Shown here: one piece after another, positions 49,344 to 58,063 of the stretch | Numbering within the stretch: the first letter of the stretch is position 1 | Layout: the number at the start of each line of letters is the position of its first letter | IMG/VR virus record: IMGVR_UViG_3300031775_000001 | Span: 1 to 64,000 of that record | DNA: 64,000 nt | Strand: one strand, 5' to 3' | DNA from: a virus | Lineage: Duplodnaviria; Caudoviricetes | The notes under the pieces: generated by a model | The model's database searches: none | The model's input: the letters and a program-made list of their open reading frames with translations, nothing else | Told to the model about the DNA's origin: nothing | Translations under genes and position numbers: made by a program

Positions 49344-49835
49344 TCAATCATTATTAGCCTCCGAATTCCTGAGCCATTCCAGTGGATTTCTAATTATATT
49401 TATAATGTTACTATAAGGCTCAAGGGAATATTTTAAAATCTCCAATACTATAGGCCAATGCCCTCCAGCTTCTCCGCATCCAATTTTATAAGGAATGGCA
49501 ATCTTAGGCGGGGAAGAGAGGGTTTCTAGGTAAGCGAGGGCAGAAGAATAGGATTTAAGGAAATGTTCATAATCTAATTTTCTACTCATAGTTTCCTTTT
49601 CGCAATATAAGGAAACTATTAATCCTAATTCAGTCTTATGGCAAAAAAAACCACCTAAAAGAGAATCCCCTCCTTCTGCTACTATTTTTTCGTGTTCAGT
49701 GTGCAAAGCGGGAAATCTATAAGATATTTGTTTCGTAGTATTATTATTTTTCATTTCTCCTGATATGTCACAAGAATGCAAAATAGCACCGGAACCCAAA
49801 GGAAATGTTAAAATATCTCCATCTATTATATCCAT
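49344..49835 (-). CDS. divergent macro-domain protein
   Basis: IIDGDIL, ILHSCD...KQISYRFP and IAIPYKIGCGEAGGHW; the NC/GAG loop is altered. Confidence 0.75.
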   Translation of the reverse strand: MDIIDGDILTFPLGSGAILHSCDISGEMKNNNTTKQISYRFPALHTEHEKIVAEGGDSLLGGFFCHKTELGLIVSLYCEKETMSRKLDYEHFLKSYSSALAYLETLSSPPKIAIPYKIGCGEAGGHWPIVLEILKYSLEPYSNIINIIRNPLEWLRNSEANND

Positions 49836-49879
49836 GATATACTCATATTAAGAAAAAGAACCAAAAAATCAAAAAAAAC

Positions 49880-50152
49880 TCACTCATACGCCCAATCTGG
49901 CAGTATTAATGTTGGAGTATTTATGAATTCATGCAAAAAAAACCTATATGCATCATAATCTTGATTCTCTTTTGCCGATTTTATTTCTTGAATATAAATT
50001 TTTTGCCATTTTTTATTATCTTCGGCTTTTTCTATCAAGTTATCTATTCTATCTTGAAGGTCTTTTGATCTTGAGGGCAAAGTATCCTTAGGGGCAGGGT
50101 TATGTGTGGATATACATCCACAAAGCAAAAGAAAGGGTAATACTCTAAGCAC
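49880..50152 (-). CDS. putative lipoprotein
   Basis: LLLCGC lipobox-like N-terminus; GTGTAAT motif at 50161-50167. Confidence 0.55.
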   Translation of the reverse strand: MLRVLPFLLLCGCISTHNPAPKDTLPSRSKDLQDRIDNLIEKAEDNKKWQKIYIQEIKSAKENQDYDAYRFFLHEFINTPTLILPDWAYE

Positions 50153-50788
50153 ATAATAATATTACACCCATAAAACTTGGTTCAAAATTCAATCGAGACT
50201 CATGGGCTCGAACCACGCAAAGCATTTTTCCTTATGAATATCATTTTGTACTTGAGTGCAACAATACCCTATTTCAAGCATTCTTTCTACCAATCCAGTA
50301 AAATGATCGATATTCATAGAGCATTTTAATTCCTCCACTTCGCATAAAGTATAATCATTAAGCTCTTTTATTTTACTAGAAACAGAAATGTCATCACAAA
50401 ATTCCTGACAAATAGATTGAGCGCTACTCATTGCTTCTTGGAGTTAGGGCAATCGCAATCAACACAAGATCCAAGGTTGCATTCTGAACACCTACAAATC
50501 CGGTCCCCATTGCACTTGAAGTCCATTTTTGTGTGTTGGCACCCCGAAAATATCAAAAACATTAGAGTCGAAAAATATATTTTACTCATAAATTATTTGG
50601 TTTGTTCATGGTTTAGCGGATTAATATAAAAAGAATCTTTCAGTGATTTGATTTCTTTTGATTTCTTTTTCGGTTTCCATTCTTTCATTATTTTATTCCC
50701 ATTATGAGGATTCCTTTTCGACCCTTCGGCAAACATATTCATGTCTGCTAACTTTCTTTTATTCTTCATGGAGAAATGATTAAAATAC

Positions 50789-51796
50789 TTAGGAGTCGCT
50801 ATTTAAAGCTACAATTAATCTTTTTCCCTTCGTGGTTATTTTTCGCTTCGTATCAATTTCCATAAGATTTTGACGAATGAGGTATTTTTCATGATCGCAA
50901 CGCAAAGCAGTTGAACTTAATCCAGTCTTAGCCGCCAACATACTCAAAGTACAAGCACCCTTCTCATTGAGAATTTCTAAAACTTCCCTTTCTGTACATG
51001 TAATACCTTTTGGTAAAACACCCAAAGTGTCACGAAATTCATCGTATTGCTTCATGCCGAATCTTCTAATACCCTTTGAAACGCAATAAAGAATAACATT
51101 CTTTGCTGTCATGACCGCATTGCGAGCATTGCCTCTAACCGTGTCACTCAAGAGTTCTAGAGCTTCACTATTGTATTGAACCTCTTCAGAGCTTTTACGT
51201 AAGATTTGTGCTAAATGATGCCCTTTGTAAGGCTCAAAATCAATAGGAGTCAACCTATCTTTAAGGGGAGGGAATAATTTGTCGCTTTCTGTCGTAGCAA
51301 AGAAGAAAGTATTTTTCCTCATATCAAATACATAGTTGTCTCCTTGCCAATTATAAGAAACCGTCTGTTTTGCACCGGTATCCAGTATTGTCAATAATGC
51401 CATCATTATATCCCTAGGAAGCTCATGAGCCTCATCGAAAAATATAGTAACACTATTATCAAGTACTACAGGCAAAATAATTTGCTCAAAGAATTGATTT
51501 ACATTCTTCAAGCTAGAGCAATTGATCTCCACCATCGCCCTTTGACTGCCATCCACATTCTTTAATGAAGCTGCGAATTTTCTAGCGAAAATTGTCTTCC
51601 CTAACCCCTTTGCACCGACAAACAATAAATACGGAGCGGAACTCGTTTTATTAAAAGCATCCAAATAGAAATTAAGTTTCTTTTTGACATTTGACTGCCC
51701 AACTAACCCCTTAAATATATTATTTTTCATATTATTCTTCTCCGTTAAATATTTTAAAATCAACCTTGTCTTCAGGCACAGAAGGATCATCCTCAT
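50789..51796 (-). CDS. ruvB: RuvB-like Holliday-junction branch-migration AAA+ ATPase
   Basis: Walker A GAKGLGKT, Walker B FFDEAH, PLKDRL, RGNAR and C-terminal winged helix EKYLIRQNL. Confidence 0.8.
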   Translation of the reverse strand: MRMILLCLKTRLILKYLTEKNNMKNNIFKGLVGQSNVKKKLNFYLDAFNKTSSAPYLLFVGAKGLGKTIFARKFAASLKNVDGSQRAMVEINCSSLKNVNQFFEQIILPVVLDNSVTIFFDEAHELPRDIMMALLTILDTGAKQTVSYNWQGDNYVFDMRKNTFFFATTESDKLFPPLKDRLTPIDFEPYKGHHLAQILRKSSEEVQYNSEALELLSDTVRGNARNAVMTAKNVILYCVSKGIRRFGMKQYDEFRDTLGVLPKGITCTEREVLEILNEKGACTLSMLAAKTGLSSTALRCDHEKYLIRQNLMEIDTKRKITTKGKRLIVALNSDS

Positions 51797-52077
51797 GGGA
51801 CTTAAGGGGTATATCAGGGCATGAGCTCAACGAATTGAGATCAGGAGCCTCGATTTTGAAACCCAAAGACTCTAGCCATACTCGGCTGATAGTCATTGGG
51901 ACTTGTTCGCTTATATATCCTTTAAGGTCTGAGAAGCGAACCTTGACGAAAGAATTCGCACCCTTCTTTTTTCCGCCTCTTTTGCGAGGGGACTCATTTT
52001 TTTTAATAACTGCTTGATTCATAACCCATATTATTATTCAATATGGTTCACTAGTCAAGAAGTTTTTTAAAGAAAAT

Positions 52078-52329
52078 TTAGTCTATTTCAATGCCGTCGC
52101 CCTTACTGGGAGACTCCATTTCCTCGGACTTATAAACGACAAGATCTGGAGCCCTATCATTTGCTTTGTTCTTATTGGAAAAAATAATGACCTTTGAGCC
52201 ATCAATATGACCAGAGTAAAACTTCATTCCTGCCTTACTCTCCTTGAGCCACAATGCCCCAAGCTCTCTTTTCTTCCATTCGGATTCTTGCTCCGTACTT
52301 TCTGAATCTTTATCACTCATGATTATCAC
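52078..52329 (-). CDS. DUF736-like small protein
   Basis: ELGALW.KESKAG..FYSG...NKNK.NDRAPDLVVY. Confidence 0.6.
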   Translation of the reverse strand: MIIMSDKDSESTEQESEWKKRELGALWLKESKAGMKFYSGHIDGSKVIIFSNKNKANDRAPDLVVYKSEEMESPSKGDGIEID

Positions 52330-52785
52330 CCTTTGTTTGTTTGGTTATTAGAATAAAATTTTTCAAGAAGGTCGAGAAAATCCTTTCTCCCTTCTTCGCT
52401 AAGTTTTTTGTATTGATTCTTCGCCCTATCGTAATCGCGTTTTACAAAACCCAATTCTGCATTTGACGTGATTATCTTTCTGATTTTTTTTGAAACCCTT
52501 GCGTTCACTTTTCGTTGCTCTTATTATAAGATATTGATACTAAAATGTCAACTAAATTATCTGCCATAATATGGGTCTTTTCTTCTTTTTCTGCGCATGT
52601 AATCCCTTTTCTGCTTGCGCCTTCTTTCCGGGTCTCTATCGTCATAAGCCTTACGCGCGCGCACAAGAGCTTCTTTACCTTTGTCTGTCTGAAAGTAATC
52701 TTTTTGATGTTTATCATTCATATATCGTCCACCCCCAGTGGAAAACCTGTCGAATATTTTTTTTTGAAATTGAAGTATTCAAGGT

Positions 52786-53349
52786 TTAGCGAAATTCCTT
52801 TTGAAGTAATCTCCAGCGATCACTGTCGATCTCTTTCTCTCCAGAATCTATATCTTTAATCATTCCCACCACTTCTTCAATGGAATCATAAATATATTTA
52901 TGGGGGAACATTGCAAGCATCCATAAAGGAGTTTTATCCTTCCCCCCTTCCATACTAACAAAAATAGGCTTCTTCATGCGAACTGCTGTTGTAATTTCTT
53001 CTGCACTCCCCCAGCTTGCAACCTCCGGAACTAAATGAGCTATAATAAAATCAGAACGGTCCACCAGATTTAAATCATAAGATCTGACCGTCTTCATTCT
53101 TTTGGTAGCCTCATCATAGTAACCCTTTTCCATCATTTTTAGAAGCTCCACCCGGACTGCCTCATCTTCGTCAACATCCTTTACGAAGGGTTTTTTATAA
53201 GGATCAAACACTGTTATATTAATACCCTCTAATTCTTCCCCCACATAATCCCTCCAATTTCTTCCACTTGCATACTGCATGTGACCAACTAAGTAAGTTT
53301 TAGTCTTACTTAGAAGGTTGGGATGCTTTTTCTTGATGTATTTATCCAT
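52786..53349 (-). CDS. nucleoside 2-deoxyribosyltransferase-like protein
   Basis: YLVGHM, WR..V, VFDP, DL..VDRSDFII, SWGSAEE and KPIFV motifs. Confidence 0.75.
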   Translation of the reverse strand: MDKYIKKKHPNLLSKTKTYLVGHMQYASGRNWRDYVGEELEGINITVFDPYKKPFVKDVDEDEAVRVELLKMMEKGYYDEATKRMKTVRSYDLNLVDRSDFIIAHLVPEVASWGSAEEITTAVRMKKPIFVSMEGGKDKTPLWMLAMFPHKYIYDSIEEVVGMIKDIDSGEKEIDSDRWRLLQKEFR

Positions 53350-53539
53350 CCACCTCGGGAGTATGCCAAAGCCTTATTATGCACCATATCGTTAGCCCTA
53401 TGGATGCGAGTTGGATTGCCCAACTGTACAATCCGGTCATCGGAATTTGATTATAGCCATGCCAAAAACCCCAGCAGAATGTGAATACAAACCAAACTGT
53501 CCATAGTTTGGCGAGTTGTTTATTTGTTAATTTTGCCAT
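53342..53539 (-). CDS. small two-TM membrane protein
   Basis: Two Trp-rich hydrophobic helices. Confidence 0.6.
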   Translation of the reverse strand: MAKLTNKQLAKLWTVWFVFTFCWGFWHGYNQIPMTGLYSWAIQLASIGLTIWCIIRLWHTPEVDG

Positions 53540-53543
53540 ATTA

Positions 53544-54287
53544 TTATTTTTGTTTTAAAGTTGCAAGAATCTTTCTCACATCCTTAGGATCAATAGATTT
53601 GAAATTCGCCCATTCTCCTTGGTCTAAGTTATTTAACTTTCCATTGGATTGTAGCTCAGAAATTTTTATTTTAAAATCATCAAAAGAACAAACACCGATA
53701 TTATTACAAAATAACTCTAAAGTCCCATGAGGGTCAATCATCTTATTGCTTGTTGAGATTGGCTCTGATCGAGATACTGGAGCCTTACCCCTTAAGGAGG
53801 CGAGTTCATCTTTCCCTACGATATTAATATTCAAGAAATTTCTAACAGCCCTAACGAATGCCCTGTTCTCTGCTATGGGGGCCAAATAATGAACACCTCC
53901 TATAGCTGATGTATTGCCGAAAGAGGCATCCGCGATAGAAGAAAAGCTTATCTCTTGTTCTGCTGTCTCAAAGTTAGGAATCCACTTGATTGTACAGGTA
54001 ACTACTACGTATTCTTGAGAAGGGGCCGATACTGAATAATCAATTGAGCTATACCCTCTGATGCGAGCCAATTCCTTTATTCCTCCCAGTAAAATACATA
54101 AATCCCTATCTTCCATCTTGGAAACATCTGTTTCTGTAATACCTTTTCCAGGATTAGGGTATAGCCATTTGTCTTTGACCATTTTTCTCCAATCAATCAA
54201 GCCATCTTGGCTAAAGATATACTTTGTCCCGATAAGCAATCCTTTCTTGTCTCTCCTTGGGGAGTTATTATCGTTTTCAAGTATCAT
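53544..54287 (-). CDS. Rad52/Sak-like ssDNA-annealing protein (putative)
   Basis: ILLGGIKELA, VVVTCTI and APIAENRAFVRAVRNFL...GKDEL motifs. Confidence 0.5.
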   Translation of the reverse strand: MILENDNNSPRRDKKGLLIGTKYIFSQDGLIDWRKMVKDKWLYPNPGKGITETDVSKMEDRDLCILLGGIKELARIRGYSSIDYSVSAPSQEYVVVTCTIKWIPNFETAEQEISFSSIADASFGNTSAIGGVHYLAPIAENRAFVRAVRNFLNINIVGKDELASLRGKAPVSRSEPISTSNKMIDPHGTLELFCNNIGVCSFDDFKIKISELQSNGKLNNLDQGEWANFKSIDPKDVRKILATLKQK

Positions 54288-55449
54288 TTTTCGTATATAT
54301 TATGTAGTAATCGAGATCTTCCCAAAAGTCTACAGTATCAATGACCTTTTGCTCCGAACCATCGAAGTCAACCCCCGTGATCCAGTTAGCTTTTGATTGA
54401 AACTTTTTTCCATTTGAAAGAATTAATTTGCCCGACTTAAAGAAAGTATTATCTCCTATTTCTACATCAGGGTCAAGATCTTTCTTCGATTTTTTTTCTA
54501 TCAAAGGAACTTCGAGGTCTATATTGAGCAACCTAACTTTATCCACAATATTTTCATCATCACAGAAAAAATTAGGAGAAATTCCAACCCTCCTAAGAGC
54601 TGTAAGATAATTCTTGTCAAATTCCCCCGTCAAATTAAAGAAAACAGATTTTAAGGAACTTCTTATTTTTAAAAGAGCCGAAGGATCAATAGGTTTATCT
54701 TGGGGCAAAAATAAAGATAAGTTTTTACCCTTAGCCCATGCAAATAAAAATTTATAATCTGGATGATAATCAAACCTAAGATTAAGTACTGACTTGGGCA
54801 AAAAATGATCAGAGGGGACAAAGTCCGGTATTACTTCAATAACTTTAGATGAATACAGGGATCCCATATGAAGGTAACTTAAATTATTAAGGTCATTCTC
54901 TATTTTTAATAAACTTAAAATAGATTTAGCTACATCCAGTGGGCTTATTTCGTTTATGGTTTTGGGGAATTCAACATAAGAATGAGAGGGGATATTATCT
55001 ATGTCTGGAGTTATATTTAGACGTTTAGATTCGTCCCCCCAATAGCATACATCTTCATCTGGATGTATGTCAGAATACAAAGTAACGCATGGGACATCAT
55101 AGACGCCAGACAAAACAGAAAATAAACCCGTGGAGCAACATACTAACTCTGCATTTTTCATTAAAAAACAACGATGACCAAACTGAGTACCGCTTTTGAA
55201 ATCCAAAGTTCCCTCTATTCCCGGAGCACCTGATTCACTTATGTCCAATATAGAAATGTCGTGATCCCTTAAAAAGGGAGTTATTAATGATACGACTTCA
55301 GATAAATAATTGTACTTTCGACTATCAATAATATGTTCAGAAAAAATACAAATATATTTATTCGAAACGACAGGGAAAAATAACTCATTAACTATTGGTT
55401 CTTTTATTTTAAGAGCCGAATGCAAACTAAGCTTTTCTAATTTATTCAT
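54277..55449 (-). CDS. glycosyltransferase-related protein; N-half resembles the C-terminal Rossmann domain of GT9
   Basis: KYICI..SRKYNY..EV...AELVCCSTG..VLSGVYDVPCVTLYS pattern. Confidence 0.55.
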   Translation of the reverse strand: MNKLEKLSLHSALKIKEPIVNELFFPVVSNKYICIFSEHIIDSRKYNYLSEVVSLITPFLRDHDISILDISESGAPGIEGTLDFKSGTQFGHRCFLMKNAELVCCSTGLFSVLSGVYDVPCVTLYSDIHPDEDVCYWGDESKRLNITPDIDNIPSHSYVEFPKTINEISPLDVAKSILSLLKIENDLNNLSYLHMGSLYSSKVIEVIPDFVPSDHFLPKSVLNLRFDYHPDYKFLFAWAKGKNLSLFLPQDKPIDPSALLKIRSSLKSVFFNLTGEFDKNYLTALRRVGISPNFFCDDENIVDKVRLLNIDLEVPLIEKKSKKDLDPDVEIGDNTFFKSGKLILSNGKKFQSKANWITGVDFDGSEQKVIDTVDFWEDLDYYIIYTKNDT

Positions 55450-57341
55450 AAAATAGAAAATTGATTATTAATTGTACCATAACAAGAAGAGTCTCTATCA
55501 AATACGTCAGTTACATCGCAAAAATAATCAAAATAAGGGTCTTTAGATCCAAACCCCAACATAAGTGATTCCTTTCTAATGCTCTCCCGAAACGGAAGCA
55601 GCTTATGCACTGAAGGGTGGCCTGATATTAAATGATGATAATCATTTTTGCAGGAAACATATAAATCATAATTTGGATGGGATTCAGTGAAAGATTTAAA
55701 TATTGTTGTACATAAAATCAAATCAGAAGCTGAACCACCAAAAACCAAAAGAGCTCTCTTGTTTCCTGTGTCATCTAGGAATTCATCAAACTCAATTTGC
55801 TTAGAGGATTCATTCTGAGACGCGATCTTCTTGAAGTAATTTAACACCTCTCCCCTATCTAAGTCTGACTCCAGCCTAGCGATCCAATGTTTTACCCCTT
55901 CGTCGTCTGGCCCGACCTTTCTGAGCAAAATGTTCTTATACAAATCAGTCACCCATTCAATATCCGAAGTTATTTCGGGGGGATTGTAATTAGGGTTTCC
56001 TTTCGGGGCTGAGAAATTAAAATCCCAATCAACCGCTGGCATGGAATCTATAATACCTTCCAGCTCTTTACCTACAGCTTGAATCGAATAATTTTCAAGA
56101 ATATATTTTCTCGCCTTCTTTCCTAGAGCTTTCCTCTTGGCTTGAGGCATCTTTAAAATTTTCTCAAGATACTTTGCTATGGAATTTTTATCCGTGCTCG
56201 CCTTGATGAACTGGGTTCCTGGTTCTCGATATTCAGACCATTTAAGTGGAAACCCAGCACTATCAGAAGAACTAGAGTCCGTCCCACATGCATAGTCCGT
56301 AACCAGAGTTATTAGTTCTGTTAATTTAGCCTCTTGAATAGGTAATTCCTGACCGCCAGATGTAAACGGGTGGCAGTACACATCCATTAGGTTATAAACT
56401 TCGTTCAGTTGTAGCTCATCCACCCCGGCGGAGACGGAAACGGTTGATTGAGACCCTTTTGATCCACAAAACCTGCAATCGTTTTCATTTGAAGTGAAAG
56501 GCTTAACCTCATACGAGTTACATTTAGAGCAAAAGTAAGTAGCAAGAACATCTTCCTTGTCAATACTCTTCTCCTCTATTAATCTTGGAATGTCCCACCC
56601 TTCTGTCCAATTCGTATGAAGTAATAGTTTTGCTTTGCTTTTCGGGTTTCTTTTTTTAAATATAGAAAATCCATCTAACAGATACGGAACAGACTTCCTT
56701 AATTGATTCCTAAAGACAAACCCAATAACAAAATCATCCAAGTCTATCCCATTTGCTTGCCTAAGAGAGCTCCTCTTTTCATCCTCTAGTCTGTAAAAAT
56801 TAGAAGGGTCTGTTGAGCCGTGCAATTTCTTGACATGACCAAACCCTTTTTCTGCCAAGGCTTTCTGAGCAAAAGACGCCCACACATAATAGTTTTTAAT
56901 CTCAGAGGCAACCCTTAAAGCTTCCGGTAAAATAGGCAGACTATCTAAGGTCGTCCAGACCATACAGTTTATCTTATTCCACCAAGGCTTTTCATAATAT
57001 CCAGAAAAAGCCCAAATATCCTCAACTCCTATGTATACATCTGGTTTGACTTCTTCTATTACCTTATCTATAACAAGACCTCCATACCCTGCGGATCTTT
57101 TAAGAGCAGGATCTTTTGAAGCGGAATCCAATTCGGCCTGTGTATTGGGCAAACCACCGAGGGTTCGCCAAGGCATAGTTTTTAATTCTGAATGAGAATG
57201 GGATATTCCATTCGCGAGTTCTATAACTTCATATTTCCCAGTGTCCGATAAATATTTTAAAATATTTTTAGAATTTTTACCAAAACCAGTTAAAAGCCTA
57301 GAATGATTGCTATGTATTAATACTTTTTTCTTTTCCATCAA
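55446..57341 (-). CDS. GT4-like glycosyltransferase fused to DUF4214-like and GT9 N-domain-like modules (631 aa)
   Basis: TGFG, IGFVFRNQLRK, VYNLMDVYCHPFTSGGQELPIQEA; LYKNILLR..DDEGVKHW; ASDLILCTTIFKSFTESHPNYDLYV. Confidence 0.8.
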   Translation of the reverse strand: MMEKKKVLIHSNHSRLLTGFGKNSKNILKYLSDTGKYEVIELANGISHSHSELKTMPWRTLGGLPNTQAELDSASKDPALKRSAGYGGLVIDKVIEEVKPDVYIGVEDIWAFSGYYEKPWWNKINCMVWTTLDSLPILPEALRVASEIKNYYVWASFAQKALAEKGFGHVKKLHGSTDPSNFYRLEDEKRSSLRQANGIDLDDFVIGFVFRNQLRKSVPYLLDGFSIFKKRNPKSKAKLLLHTNWTEGWDIPRLIEEKSIDKEDVLATYFCSKCNSYEVKPFTSNENDCRFCGSKGSQSTVSVSAGVDELQLNEVYNLMDVYCHPFTSGGQELPIQEAKLTELITLVTDYACGTDSSSSDSAGFPLKWSEYREPGTQFIKASTDKNSIAKYLEKILKMPQAKRKALGKKARKYILENYSIQAVGKELEGIIDSMPAVDWDFNFSAPKGNPNYNPPEITSDIEWVTDLYKNILLRKVGPDDEGVKHWIARLESDLDRGEVLNYFKKIASQNESSKQIEFDEFLDDTGNKRALLVFGGSASDLILCTTIFKSFTESHPNYDLYVSCKNDYHHLISGHPSVHKLLPFRESIRKESLMLGFGSKDPYFDYFCDVTDVFDRDSSCYGTINNQFSIL

Positions 57342-58024
57342 TAATATGAAGACTCGTCATCAACAACCTTGTCATCTTCTTTGTTGTCTTTTTTTTGCTT
57401 TTTGTCTTTTTTTGGAGAAGAAACTTTTGGAAAGGAGTCTATGTCCAAAAACAAATCATCATTTTTCTGATCCTTTACATCATCCTTGGAGATTTCTCGG
57501 AAAGAATCTACAGAAACTGGAGAATCTATGTAATCAAAGTAGATAGATAGAAACCTTTTGAAGTAATGAAGCATGTTTTGGCATTCACCGGGGGACAAAG
57601 GTATCTTTATGGGGCTAAAACTACCCTTCTTCAAGGACAACCCAAAGCTTGGAAGTATATCCCCAGAGGGTTCCTGCTGTTTTGTAGAGGGATTATACTT
57701 GGAAGACCTAGAGGGTTGATCCCACGGTGAAAAATTCAATGTGGTAGAACTGTCGTTAAAGGTATGAAAAGCACTGAACTCATGTCGGTTTTCAATTGAA
57801 GAAATAATACTTCCACATTCAATATGATTAATTTTCATATTAACCGTATGTTCTGGTTGGTCTTTATTACCAGCAAAAGATCCTCTTTTGCCAGAAGAAC
57901 TCCAGCTGAACTGCCTGATCATATTGATGAACAGCGTCGGTTCCTTGTCGCCAGGATTGGATATGTTTATATTAAGGGCTGACCCTTGATTCTTGCTGTT
58001 TGGTTTGTAAAATGGTAAAGACAT
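57338..58024 (-). CDS. Whirly-like ssDNA-binding protein (putative) with acidic tail
   Basis: FYKP...SAL, IECGSIIS, AFH and IKIPLSPGE align by eye with Whirly motifs; DDKVVDDESSYY tail. Confidence 0.5.
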   Translation of the reverse strand: MSLPFYKPNSKNQGSALNINISNPGDKEPTLFINMIRQFSWSSSGKRGSFAGNKDQPEHTVNMKINHIECGSIISSIENRHEFSAFHTFNDSSTTLNFSPWDQPSRSSKYNPSTKQQEPSGDILPSFGLSLKKGSFSPIKIPLSPGECQNMLHYFKRFLSIYFDYIDSPVSVDSFREISKDDVKDQKNDDLFLDIDSFPKVSSPKKDKKQKKDNKEDDKVVDDESSYY

Positions 58025-58063
58025 GATTGTATATTTTTAATAGGAATAACCTATTGTAAAATA

